From the sequence record OP172792: 64,000 nt of DNA; one strand, written 5' to 3'. The notes beneath the pieces were generated by a model that was not told the DNA's origin, made no database searches, and worked only from the letters and a program-made list of their open reading frames with translations. Shown here in pieces: positions 33,605 to 42,718 of this stretch. The translations under genes and the position numbers were made by a program. Source of the stretch: Escherichia phage ECO340P2. Numbering within the stretch: position 1 is the stretch's first letter; every line of letters starts with the position of its first letter.

Positions 33605-34579
33605 ATGCAACTTGGTTTCCCAATTATTGATGTAGTTGTTTTAGTTGGTATTTTAGCATTGTCTATTGGTATCGATTTCTTTGGTCATAAAGAAAATAAA
33701 GAAATTGGAATCAAATCTGCTTTGCTTTGGTCTGTTTTTTGGATTGCTTTAGCTTTAGGGTATTACGCATTCATTTGGGTAGAACATGGTAAAGAATTTG
33801 CCGCGCTTTTCCTAAGTGGTTATGTGTTGGAAAAGAGTCTTTCTGTAGATAACCTAATGGTGTTCATGGCAATTTTTGCAAGCTTTGGAATTAAAAGCAC
33901 ACATCTCCAACATAAGATCTTACTTTGGGGGATTGCAGGAGCCATTGTCTTCCGAGGTATTTTTGTTGCAGCAGGCACCGCTTTGTTTAACCTTCATTGG
34001 TCGGTCCAAGTGTTGTTTGGTCTGATTGTAGCTTGGTCTGCCGTTGCTATTATCAAAGGGGGTGACGAAGAAGAGGATATTGATTACTCTAAACATTGGG
34101 CTGTTCGTTTAGTAGGTAAAGTTCTGCCTATGCACAATGCACTGGATGGTGAAAAGTTCATTACTATTAAGAATAGTATTAAATATGCAACCCCTGCTCT
34201 TCTTTGTGTGTTTGTTATTGAGCTTACAGATATTGTCTTCTCTTTTGATTCAGTTCCGGCTGTGATTGGTGTGACACAAGAACCTCTGCTAGTTTATTCT
34301 GCAATGCTGATGGCTGTTCTTGGCCTACGTGCACTTTTCTTTGTGTTAAGTGTAGCTGTGAAATATTTGGTTCACTTAGAGAAAGCTGTTGCTGTGGTTC
34401 TGGTGTTTGTTGGTGCTAAACTTATGTATCACCCGTTCGGTGAAACACTTCATGCCAAGTGGTCATTCCTCCCGCATGATATCTCTCCTAACGTAAGTTT
34501 AATGATTGTTCTAGGCACATTAGCTCTTGGTGTTATTGCAAGCTTTATCTTTCCTGAAAAAGAAGAAGCCACTGTTTAA
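33605..34579 (+). CDS. terC: TerC-family integral membrane protein
   Basis: multiple TM helices; SLSVDNLMVF and ELTDIVFSFDSVPAVIGVT signatures. Confidence 0.8.
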   Translation: MQLGFPIIDVVVLVGILALSIGIDFFGHKENKEIGIKSALLWSVFWIALALGYYAFIWVEHGKEFAALFLSGYVLEKSLSVDNLMVFMAIFASFGIKSTHLQHKILLWGIAGAIVFRGIFVAAGTALFNLHWSVQVLFGLIVAWSAVAIIKGGDEEEDIDYSKHWAVRLVGKVLPMHNALDGEKFITIKNSIKYATPALLCVFVIELTDIVFSFDSVPAVIGVTQEPLLVYSAMLMAVLGLRALFFVLSVAVKYLVHLEKAVAVVLVFVGAKLMYHPFGETLHAKWSFLPHDISPNVSLMIVLGTLALGVIASFIFPEKEEATV

Positions 34580-34584
34580 TAGAT

Positions 34585-34610
34585 GAGCCTCCTTCGGGAG
34601 GCTATTTTAT
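34585..34610 (+). terminator. intrinsic terminator AGCCTCCttcgGGAGGCT + T-run
   Basis: 7-bp GC stem, tetraloop, ATTTTAT. Confidence 0.65.
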
Positions 34611-34621
34611 AGGAGAGACTT

Positions 34622-34972
34622 ATGAGTAATTTTGATGAAATTCAAGAACTTGTTTGGGATTTATGTGGTGATGTGGATTACGTTTCGGACTATCTTTCAA
34701 AAGTTTACCCTGGGGTAAGCGTTATGATTGTGACAAAAGATCCAATTAACTTACCTCCTAATGTGGTAGCTTGTTGTGGAAGTGGTTCAGGAGAAGTGGA
34801 GCCTGTATCTCGTTGGGAATTAACTAAAGCCGTTTCAAAACGAAACGGTGAAGTTTTGAATATTGATATCGAGCAAATATGGACTTCTCCAGCAGCCAAA
34901 TGGAATGATCCAAATGGTTGGGATTTGTTCTTTTGGGATAATGAAACTGATGATGAGGTATTTTTAAAATGA
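34622..34972 (+). CDS. hypothetical protein
   Basis: ORF with GGAGAG RBS. Confidence 0.55.
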   Translation: MSNFDEIQELVWDLCGDVDYVSDYLSKVYPGVSVMIVTKDPINLPPNVVACCGSGSGEVEPVSRWELTKAVSKRNGEVLNIDIEQIWTSPAAKWNDPNGWDLFFWDNETDDEVFLK

Positions 34973-35155
34973 AATACTTGTTGGTTGTGTTTGAAAATAT
35001 TTGTTTTGCAATAGGTTTGTTTGTTGTAATTTTTGTATTGACAAGCGTAATCAACGGCAGTAAAGTGAGTTTATACCGAGATGGAGAGCAGCTTTATTGC
35101 TTCTCTGGAGATTTCAAACACAGATGTATTAATAGTCAAAACGAGGAAAGCAAAT

Positions 35156-35593
35156 ATGAAAAAACTAGCCCTGATTTTAATTGGTTGTATCTTTTTAACA
35201 GCTTGCGAGGATGAAACAAATCCTGCACAATACCAACAACCTCCTCAACAATACGCTCAACAAGGATCTGACGGAGATACAACTATTATCAACAATGGTG
35301 GCGGCTCTAGTAGTAGCGGTGTTGGGGAGTTTGCTACAGGTATGTTGTTAGGGCATATGATGAGCGGTGGTAGTAATCGTGGTGGCGGAGATTATAACGA
35401 TAACAGAACGATTATTAATAAACATTATAACACACCTAAACCAAAGACTAATTTTTATGGTAAACCTAAACAAGAGACAAAAACTTATGAAAAGCCGAGA
35501 CAAACTTTTAAAACAAATAGTAGCTATACAACTCGTAAATCTTACAGTAGCCCTTTAAGTAAAAAGAGTTCATCTCGTAGCAAGCGACGTTAA
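35156..35593 (+). CDS. lipoprotein with Gly/Ser-rich and basic C-terminal regions
   Basis: MKKLALILIGCIFLTAC lipobox after trimming to ATG 35156. Confidence 0.6.
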   Translation: MKKLALILIGCIFLTACEDETNPAQYQQPPQQYAQQGSDGDTTIINNGGGSSSSGVGEFATGMLLGHMMSGGSNRGGGDYNDNRTIINKHYNTPKPKTNFYGKPKQETKTYEKPRQTFKTNSSYTTRKSYSSPLSKKSSSRSKRR

Positions 35594-35607
35594 TAAGGAG
35601 AAAAACA

Positions 35608-36201
35608 ATGACAATTTCTATTCGTACTTCCATCGTAGGTGTTAAAAGGTTGCCTAATGCTTTGCAAATCACACGTGCTTTGAGGGATACGTTCTCTGCT
35701 GTGGATGAGCATAAAATGCTTGATAATCTCTCAAATTGGCCCTATTTTCATTATTTTAAAAATGAAGATGACGAGTTTATAGATGCTGTTTCTTATGGTT
35801 ATGATTTCGGTAAGGAGGTTTCTCCTGAAGAATTTGTAGCTACGGTATTCCCAAATGGTTTTCCTACTCGCAGCAAACGTAAAAAAGGACCAAAAAACAA
35901 GAAACGTGCTATTAATAAAGCTACCATTTTCTTTACTGATGGGACACAGTATACGATTAAAGATTTTGAAGAAGTATCTTATACAGCAGGTGGAAATCTT
36001 TCTTTCTACACCATCAAAAAACAAAACGCTACGTTCAGCCATGTTTCTAACATGATTGAAATGTTAGTAGAAGATATTGAAAGCGTGGCTGTGTTAGGTA
36101 TGCATAAAAGCTTTTTAATTACAAATATTTCAGATTTCAGTGCACGTTTATCTAGCCCTGATTTTGAAGCCACGACCACGCATTTCACTTTTAAGGTGTA
36201 A
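35608..36201 (+). CDS. hypothetical protein
   Basis: ORF with AAGGAG RBS. Confidence 0.55.
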   Translation: MTISIRTSIVGVKRLPNALQITRALRDTFSAVDEHKMLDNLSNWPYFHYFKNEDDEFIDAVSYGYDFGKEVSPEEFVATVFPNGFPTRSKRKKGPKNKKRAINKATIFFTDGTQYTIKDFEEVSYTAGGNLSFYTIKKQNATFSHVSNMIEMLVEDIESVAVLGMHKSFLITNISDFSARLSSPDFEATTTHFTFKV

Positions 36202-36204
36202 GTT

Positions 36205-36795
36205 ATGTATACCGAGAGAGACTTGCAACTCTTGTGGTGGGAAGTGATGCAGGAAATAAAAGAAGATTTTCCTGTTTACTACAACATGTTACGTGAAGCA
36301 GGATATAAAGCTTGCGTTAGAAACAAAGTGAATAACTCTTTTGGTTGGTGCAACTACCGAGATAAAATTGTTGTTGTAAATTGGCACTTGCATAAGAACT
36401 CTACAAGAGATATGATCGTGGATACAATGAAGCATGAAATTGCTCATGCTATTGATGGTTGTATGGGTAAGTTTAGTAGGCACGGTGCTCATTGGCAAAA
36501 ACTGGCAGCAGAATTAGGGGCTAATCCTAAAGCCACTTCCAAAGAGCCGTTGAACCACGAATATAAATATGTTCTTGTTCTGGTAGATAGGTTTGCGACA
36601 AGGTGTGTTAGAGGTTATAATCGTAAACCTAATCGCATGTACCCAGGTAAGCAACCTAATATGTGGTTGAAATCAGATAAAGAAGGGACCGAAGGAAAAT
36701 TATGGTTGTATAAATGGGACGATTGGGTTAAAGTAGCTAAAGAGTACGGTGTTTCACCATATATAAGAGATGCAGAAGAGGAGAATGAAGAATGA
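36205..36795 (+). CDS. SprT-like zinc metallopeptidase-domain protein
   Basis: HEIAHAIDG (HExxH) followed by HGAHW. Confidence 0.55.
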   Translation: MYTERDLQLLWWEVMQEIKEDFPVYYNMLREAGYKACVRNKVNNSFGWCNYRDKIVVVNWHLHKNSTRDMIVDTMKHEIAHAIDGCMGKFSRHGAHWQKLAAELGANPKATSKEPLNHEYKYVLVLVDRFATRCVRGYNRKPNRMYPGKQPNMWLKSDKEGTEGKLWLYKWDDWVKVAKEYGVSPYIRDAEEENEE

Positions 36796-37904
36796 CAAGT
36801 CCATTTTTAAAAGCAGCTACTGGTGGTCAGAAGAAGTCTGAAATGAGTGTATTCGCTGCAACAACAGATGCAAGTAAATCTGTATTCGCGCCAAGCGTGT
36901 TAGATGCCAGTCCTGTTTATGCACCAGCCGCACCGCAAGAAGTCCCAGTTTTGCCTTCTATGACCCGACAAGAGATCGAAGAGATTGGGGCAGAGGCAGG
37001 AACAACCTTGCGTTCCTTGAATGCCGAGGTATTAAAACATCAACGTAGTAATCAAGGCGATCAGATGAGTGAACGACTCACAGCTTTGATTAAACAGGCA
37101 AAACAACTTGATCCAAACTCTATTAAACAAAGCAAGGGTATTACTAAACTCATTAAAAAGGTCATGGGTATGAAAGAAGACCTGTTCGGGGAGTTTGATA
37201 ATGTTAATAACCGTATTGAAGAGTTAGTAAAGAACCTTCAAATGGATATTCGCAAAGAAGAAGATTCCTTAGTATATCTTGAAAAACTACATCAAGCTAT
37301 TGGACAATATGCTGCAAGTTTGAACCGAGATATGCAGCTTCTAACAGCAACCTATGAAAAAGAAGAGCAAGCTTTGGCTGCTCTTCCAGAAGATGCAGTA
37401 GAACAGCGACAAGTGATCCGAGATACTTTGGATCTTCTGGAGATTCGTATTGCGGATTTAAAAGCATTGCGCCTACTGTGTGTCCAAATGGGACCACGTG
37501 TACAAGGTATGCAAAAAGTTTCTGCAAGCTTAATGCGATCTGCGCGTAACATAGTAAATAATGTTATCCCTGCTTACTCTGCTAACTTCTCAATGTATAT
37601 TGAGAGCTTACGTCAAATGAAAGCCGCAGAAACACAGAATAACGTTCTTGATGAATTTAACCTGGCAATTAAATTAGGTAGTGATTTGGCTACACAAAAT
37701 CAGATTGAAGCCGCAGCATTGGCTAACCGTCAAGTGTTAGATATTGATACTCTGCGACACGATCAGGAAAACTTAGTTAAAATGCTGGAAGAAACAAATC
37801 GCATCAATACAGAAGCCCGTGCTGCTCGTGTTGATTATATTAATGAAGTTCAATCTCTGGAAGACGGGATGGTAGCTGCTGTAAAACGAGGACTTGGTAA
37901 ATGA
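36792..37904 (+). CDS. helical protein, possibly TelA/KlaA-like toxic-anion-resistance family
   Basis: 370-aa largely helical protein within Ter-like cluster; family call from context and composition only. Confidence 0.35.
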   Translation: MTSPFLKAATGGQKKSEMSVFAATTDASKSVFAPSVLDASPVYAPAAPQEVPVLPSMTRQEIEEIGAEAGTTLRSLNAEVLKHQRSNQGDQMSERLTALIKQAKQLDPNSIKQSKGITKLIKKVMGMKEDLFGEFDNVNNRIEELVKNLQMDIRKEEDSLVYLEKLHQAIGQYAASLNRDMQLLTATYEKEEQALAALPEDAVEQRQVIRDTLDLLEIRIADLKALRLLCVQMGPRVQGMQKVSASLMRSARNIVNNVIPAYSANFSMYIESLRQMKAAETQNNVLDEFNLAIKLGSDLATQNQIEAAALANRQVLDIDTLRHDQENLVKMLEETNRINTEARAARVDYINEVQSLEDGMVAAVKRGLGK

Positions 37905-38095
37905 GAATCCGTGTTTATATGATTGATGATAGCTTTGGTGTCCGTTATGATGACGAAAAACGATTCGCGCCGATTAGCGGCATACATCCCCTAAGTGTTT
38001 TGGCAGCTTGTCGTGATAAATATCTCTATGAAGCTTGTAATCATTTTGGTTTTGAGCTTCTTTCAGATGTAGAGTTTAATGAGGAGGAAGGATGA
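37901..38095 (+). CDS. hypothetical small protein
   Basis: ORF, coupled. Confidence 0.5.
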   Translation: MRIRVYMIDDSFGVRYDDEKRFAPISGIHPLSVLAACRDKYLYEACNHFGFELLSDVEFNEEEG

Positions 38096-38265
38096 AAATA
38101 TTACGCGTGAATATTGAAACCGCTTGGTGCGGATGTAATGAGGTTGTGGATATTGAAATTGAAGATGATATGTCTAAAGAGGATATAGAAGATCTTGCAC
38201 ACGAAACCTTTCAGGACTATTGTAGCTATGGGTTCCATATTTTAGAGGAGGAAGAAGATGTATAA
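38092..38265 (+). CDS. hypothetical small acidic protein (57 aa)
   Basis: hand-translated ORF with GAGGAGGAAGG RBS. Confidence 0.45.
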   Translation: MKILRVNIETAWCGCNEVVDIEIEDDMSKEDIEDLAHETFQDYCSYGFHILEEEEDV

Positions 38266-38656
38266 TCCAACAGGTATTCTTTTAAAACTCACAGTAACAG
38301 ATCCTACTCTTTTCACCAAGTTAGTCAGTGGTGAAGTCTATGAAGTAATGAAAGATGACGACGGTTGGTGTTATCTTTGTGGCTACTACCTCTGTGATGC
38401 AGAAGAGTTAGAATCCATTACAACTAAAGGTTTTTATGAAGAACCAGGCTTCCGTGTGGAAACTACACAGAAACCTGATACCATTACGTTGACTCGACAG
38501 GAACTGATCACAATCATTGAAGATGCTTTTATTGATGGTTGGAATACACAAGATAATGATTGGGGTGGACCTGAAGCTTTTCTAGAACATCATAAAGCTT
38601 ACGGAGAATTTTGTGAAACCACTGTAGCTCTTGATAATCTGAAGGAGGGTTTGTAA
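38258..38656 (+). CDS. hypothetical protein
   Basis: ORF with GGAGGAAG RBS. Confidence 0.55.
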   Translation: MYNPTGILLKLTVTDPTLFTKLVSGEVYEVMKDDDGWCYLCGYYLCDAEELESITTKGFYEEPGFRVETTQKPDTITLTRQELITIIEDAFIDGWNTQDNDWGGPEAFLEHHKAYGEFCETTVALDNLKEGL

Positions 38657-39219
38657 TGGGTTGTTTTAGCTTTTTGTGTAAGGAATCGGGCAAAGCTGCC
38701 CTTTCTACTTCTTTCGACGGATCGCCTTGCTATCTCTTTCTTTTGAAAGATGGTGTTGTTATTGAAGAGATGTATGGCAACTACGATAGTTATGGTTGTG
38801 TTTTCTCTGGAAAGGAGGACGAAAATGGCGTTCGTGAACGGTTTGATTGGGTTATGGATTGGAGTAAGGTTTGTGATTTGATGCATTCCTCAAATCCAAG
38901 GGACGGTATCGCTATGGTGCTGGAAGAGTACTTTACAGGTGAAATCCCTACAGAACAATCTGACAGAGATCCTAACCAAGGTTGGGGTGATGGTGAAGAA
39001 GATCCAGATTGTTTTTTCAGCACAGAAAAGAATAAGTTTAAACGTGTTGACAACCCTTATCACAAAGTGCATAATACTCTCATTGAAACAGAAGATGACA
39101 AGATGGAAATTGAAGAAGATGATCCTCTTGTAACACTTCCTATAAGCGAGTTACAAAAGATTACTAAAGAAGCTTACGATTTGGGCTTCAAAATTGGTAG
39201 AGGAGGTATGCGTGTTTAG
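38656..39219 (+). CDS. hypothetical acidic protein
   Basis: ORF with GGAGGG RBS. Confidence 0.55.
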   Translation: MGCFSFLCKESGKAALSTSFDGSPCYLFLLKDGVVIEEMYGNYDSYGCVFSGKEDENGVRERFDWVMDWSKVCDLMHSSNPRDGIAMVLEEYFTGEIPTEQSDRDPNQGWGDGEEDPDCFFSTEKNKFKRVDNPYHKVHNTLIETEDDKMEIEEDDPLVTLPISELQKITKEAYDLGFKIGRGGMRV

Positions 39220-39484
39220 ATTCAATATTCAAGAAGAAAAGTATAAGGATTTACCTGTTCCTTTCGAAGATCTTGACGTAGGGGATACATTCATGTATTA
39301 TGCTGCCTATGAAGATGCAGGGTTGGATACTTACATTAATTTGGTGTTCATTAAAAGTTCTCCAAACAGCGCAATCTGCATCAGTGGATCGCAACGAGGT
39401 TATACACATTGTATCCCGCCAGATACAAATATGGTGGAAGTAGATTTAGAAGTTACCAATATCACACTTAAGAAGGAGAAATAA
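39194..39484 (+). CDS. hypothetical protein, paralog of 40506..40775
   Basis: shared DLDVGDTF motif and C-terminal ..VT(N/G)ITLK. Confidence 0.55.
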   Translation: MVEEVCVFRFNIQEEKYKDLPVPFEDLDVGDTFMYYAAYEDAGLDTYINLVFIKSSPNSAICISGSQRGYTHCIPPDTNMVEVDLEVTNITLKKEK

Positions 39485-39485
39485 T

Positions 39486-40280
39486 ATGTCCGAGAAAATC
39501 AGCCTGAAAAAACGTCAAGAAAACCTTGCTTTCTCTCTGAAAAAGAATAAGAACCTGAATGAAGGTAAGATTGTTCTTCGTGTAGCATGTGCTCTAGATA
39601 TTTCTGGTAGTATGCATGGTCTATATGCTCGTGGAGTAGTGAGTGATTTTGTAGGTAAACTGCTCCCTTTTGGTATGCTGTTCGACGATAATGAACAAAT
39701 TGATATGTGGGCCTTCAATACAAGTTCTCAAGAGCTTACTCCAGCAACAGCAGACGTTTACGATGATTATGTTGGTAAATGTATGCGTAATGTTCGTATC
39801 GGAGGTGGAACAAATTACGCCCCTGTAATGGCAGATATCTACGATGAGTATTTTGGCACTGTTACCAAATATATTACCACTAAACAAGTGGTACAAGAGG
39901 AGGCTCCAAAGAAAGGCTTCTTTAATCGTCTGCTTGGTAAAACTGAAACAGTATCTGTAGAGCGTGAAAAGGTTGTAGCTGTATCTGAACCAGGTGCTGA
40001 CGTTACCCCTGGTGTTGTATTCTTCCAGACGGATGGTGAGAATGGTGATCCTAGTGCTGTTCGTCGTCTTATTGAAGAGAATAAGAATAAACCTATTTAT
40101 TGGTTCATGGTTGGCGTCGGTAATGAGAAGTTTGGCTTCCTGAAAGAACTGGCAAATGCTTATGATAATGTTGGTTTTATTGGCATTAAAGATTTAGACT
40201 TGACAGATTCAGAGCTTTATGACAAACTCTTATCTGAAGAGTTCGGAGAGTGGGTTGTTAAAGTAGGTGCTAAAAAATGA
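39486..40280 (+). CDS. von Willebrand factor A (vWA) domain protein, TerY-like
   Basis: MIDAS motif ALDISGSMHG; N-terminal KISLKK shared with TerD gene. Confidence 0.65.
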   Translation: MSEKISLKKRQENLAFSLKKNKNLNEGKIVLRVACALDISGSMHGLYARGVVSDFVGKLLPFGMLFDDNEQIDMWAFNTSSQELTPATADVYDDYVGKCMRNVRIGGGTNYAPVMADIYDEYFGTVTKYITTKQVVQEEAPKKGFFNRLLGKTETVSVEREKVVAVSEPGADVTPGVVFFQTDGENGDPSAVRRLIEENKNKPIYWFMVGVGNEKFGFLKELANAYDNVGFIGIKDLDLTDSELYDKLLSEEFGEWVVKVGAKK

Positions 40281-40525
40281 TCGACGAGCTTGCCTCTCAA
40301 GTCGTAGAAAATTATTGGCGCGAGAGAGAAGCTTTCATTATGCGCAGTCTCAAAGAATATTTCATTGGGACTGTGCGGATGGAAGATATTGTAAGTAGAG
40401 TAGAGATTCATGTATGGCCTGATTATGAAGAATGGGTTGACAAAGAAAATGAAAATGCTATAATTCTTCGTATATACAAACCGGAGATAACATTAGGAGG
40501 AAGAAGTGTTAAACTTCGAAATTGA
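40277..40525 (+). CDS. hypothetical protein
   Basis: ORF, coupled. Confidence 0.5.
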   Translation: MIDELASQVVENYWREREAFIMRSLKEYFIGTVRMEDIVSRVEIHVWPDYEEWVDKENENAIILRIYKPEITLGGRSVKLRN

Positions 40526-40775
40526 TGAGCAAAAAATAAATAAACGATGCCTTACCATTAAAGATTTGGATGTAGGAGATACTTTCGTCTATGAAAATGC
40601 ATTTGACGAAAATGGTTTAGACCTTAGTGAAGTCATTGTTTATTTAAAAGTAGATGATGGGGAAAATGATTATTCTGCTGTAGAATTAAACCATCATGCA
40701 CAATTAGTAGCAATCCAAAACACATCTAAGCTTTTGGAAGTAGAATTGACTGTAACTGGTATTACACTTAAATAA
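40506..40775 (+). CDS. hypothetical protein, paralog of 39194..39484
   Basis: DLDVGDTF motif. Confidence 0.55.
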   Translation: MLNFEIDEQKINKRCLTIKDLDVGDTFVYENAFDENGLDLSEVIVYLKVDDGENDYSAVELNHHAQLVAIQNTSKLLEVELTVTGITLK

Positions 40776-40790
40776 TAGAGGAGACAAAAG

Positions 40791-41393
40791 ATGACTGATA
40801 AAATTTCCCTGAAAAAAGGCTCTAGCGAAAAAATTTCCCTGAAGAAAGTTGCTCCGGCTCTGAAAGAACTGCGCCTGGAATTCTCTTGGAAATCTGATTC
40901 TAAACTGGATCTGGATGTAAGTGCACTGGTTTGTCGTCATAATGCCGCTGGCAATCCTGAAATGCTGTCTGCACGTCATCTGGTTTGCTATGCTAACAAG
41001 TTTGATCCTGAACGTTCTACCTTTGCTGGTGACGATGTTCGTGATGGGACTGGCAGCATGGAGCAGATTGATATTACTCTGGCTAAAATCTCTCCCGATG
41101 CACAAGAGATTGCCTTTGTTCTGACCATTGATGATGATACAGGTCTGAAACGTTTTGGTCATGCTTCTGAAGGTATGCTTAAAATCTTCGACTCCGAGTG
41201 TAATGTGGAAATTCTGGATTTTGACTTCCTGGCTCCTGAAGTAGCTGGCAACACAATCTGCCACGTGGCTTCCTTGGTTCGTGAAGATGGTGAATGGAAG
41301 CTGAAAGCATATGGTGTAGGTAAAGCTGGTCTGGATATTTGTGATGTGGTGATGGCCTTCGGTGGTAAAAAAGAATGGTATGAATGTCCATAA
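40791..41393 (+). CDS. terD: TerD-domain stress protein
   Basis: KISLKKG...ISLKK, DLDVSAL, GDDVRDGTG, MLKIFDSE, C-terminal WK..A.G.G.AGL. Confidence 0.75.
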   Translation: MTDKISLKKGSSEKISLKKVAPALKELRLEFSWKSDSKLDLDVSALVCRHNAAGNPEMLSARHLVCYANKFDPERSTFAGDDVRDGTGSMEQIDITLAKISPDAQEIAFVLTIDDDTGLKRFGHASEGMLKIFDSECNVEILDFDFLAPEVAGNTICHVASLVREDGEWKLKAYGVGKAGLDICDVVMAFGGKKEWYECP

Positions 41394-41411
41394 TAATTAA
41401 CAAATGATTTT

Positions 41412-41435
41412 GAGGGGGGAGAAATCCCCCTCTTG
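41412..41435 (+). terminator. hairpin GAGGGGGgagaaatCCCCCTC after terD
   Basis: 7-bp G/C stem; weak T-run. Confidence 0.5.
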
Positions 41436-41461
41436 CAATAAAGCCTCTATCGTGTTATACT
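41433..41461 (+). promoter_or_regulatory. promoter TTGCAA-N17-TATACT
   Basis: hexamers read directly. Confidence 0.5.
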
Positions 41462-41493
41462 AGAAGTTCGTTAACTTAAAAAGGAGGCAAAAT

Positions 41494-42015
41494 TTGCTGA
41501 TAAAAAACTTTGTAACAGTTGCGTTACTATCCTTAACTGCTTTTACATTTACACCTGTTGTGGCGAAAGCCGAAGCTGCAAACGTAAAAACCGCTAAAGT
41601 AGTTCACAAATGTACAAAGCAATATAATGATAAAATTCTATTAGCTTGTGCAATTTACGCAGAAGGTCGCGGTCTGGGTAAAAAAGGAATGAATGCCGTT
41701 GGGAATGTGGTAATCAATAGAAGAAATGATGCCTACTTTCCTAACACAGTCAGAGGAGTCTTGTTCCAGAAAGGACAATTTTCATATGCGAAAACTTTTA
41801 ACGTAACAGAGAAAGATAAGTGGCAGGAAGCAAAAGCAATAGCGGAGCGTTTACTTTATTTAGAGAAACATTTTCCTGAATTGCGATCTGTTTTAGATGT
41901 TACTAAAGGTGCTCTATACTTCAAGAAACGGAATATAAGGACACACTGGGAACGCGATATGCGTCTTGTTTATCGAGATAAAGTGCATGGTTTCTATCTA
42001 CCAAAGGAGAGTTAA
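41494..42015 (+). CDS. secreted cell-wall hydrolase, SleB/CwlJ-like (Hydrolase_2)
   Basis: signal peptide; CAIYAEGRG...GNVVINR...VRGVLFQKGQFS; TTG start after AGGAGG. Confidence 0.6.
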   Translation: MLIKNFVTVALLSLTAFTFTPVVAKAEAANVKTAKVVHKCTKQYNDKILLACAIYAEGRGLGKKGMNAVGNVVINRRNDAYFPNTVRGVLFQKGQFSYAKTFNVTEKDKWQEAKAIAERLLYLEKHFPELRSVLDVTKGALYFKKRNIRTHWERDMRLVYRDKVHGFYLPKES

Positions 42016-42016
42016 A

Positions 42017-42301
42017 ATGCAAGAAGATAATACTGTTGTTGTAGCAAGTTACCTGGTTGTCGGTCTTACCGAAGAGGATGTATACTACACCCGTAAACAT
42101 TTGGAAGCATACGCTACTTTGTTTATGGAAGATGAAAAGGATGTAGATAAATATAGCATTGATATGATCAACGACAGTATTTATCCTTGTATGGTTCTTA
42201 AAGTAGATGCTGTGTTGTGGGAGCGTTTTGCAAGGACTCATGATGCTGTAGAATGCTCCGCAGTAATGTCTCAAAACAACATTTTAGGGGAGATTCACTG
42301 A
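42017..42301 (+). CDS. hypothetical protein
   Basis: track ORF trimmed to ATG 42017. Confidence 0.5.
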   Translation: MQEDNTVVVASYLVVGLTEEDVYYTRKHLEAYATLFMEDEKDVDKYSIDMINDSIYPCMVLKVDAVLWERFARTHDAVECSAVMSQNNILGEIH

Positions 42302-42531
42302 TGGGAGAAGTCATTGAAGTCAATTTTCGCACTAAACAAAAAGTGCAAAAGTATGTCGTTATTAAAAACATTTGCGTTGTCTGCTTCAATACAGTAATAT
42401 ACGACTCACGACGCGGAGAAAACGAAAATGAACCTTACATTGAAATTTCTAAGAACAAAGGTCAATGTATTTGTAAGAACTGTGCAGTAGCTATTAAGGA
42501 GGTTGTAAATGAAAACGCTTGGGACCAATGA
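42301..42531 (+). CDS. hypothetical Cys-containing small protein
   Basis: CVVC...CKNC pairs; ATG 42301. Confidence 0.5.
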   Translation: MGEVIEVNFRTKQKVQKYVVIKNICVVCFNTVIYDSRRGENENEPYIEISKNKGQCICKNCAVAIKEVVNENAWDQ

Positions 42532-42700
42532 AACTGGCGAGATCTCTCTTCAAGAAGTGACAAACGACAAACTGATTAAACTACGAGATGTAGCTCGTGA
42601 CCATCTTCAAGAATCTTTTAAAGAATATATGGAAGCACGAGATCGTGTAATCCAGATCCAACAGGAAATGATTAAACGTGGGATTGTAGCCGACAGTTAA
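42509..42700 (+). CDS. hypothetical small protein
   Basis: ORF with GGAGG RBS. Confidence 0.5.
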   Translation: MKTLGTNETGEISLQEVTNDKLIKLRDVARDHLQESFKEYMEARDRVIQIQQEMIKRGIVADS

Positions 42701-42718
42701 TATAACGGAGGGGGGAGA

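Noticed and set aside
34969-35214. 81-aa ORF overlapping the start of the lipoprotein gene
   Set aside because: Its 3' half overlaps the better-supported lipoprotein gene in another frame and contains a promoter-like TTGACA; it may be a short membrane peptide but is not well supported.
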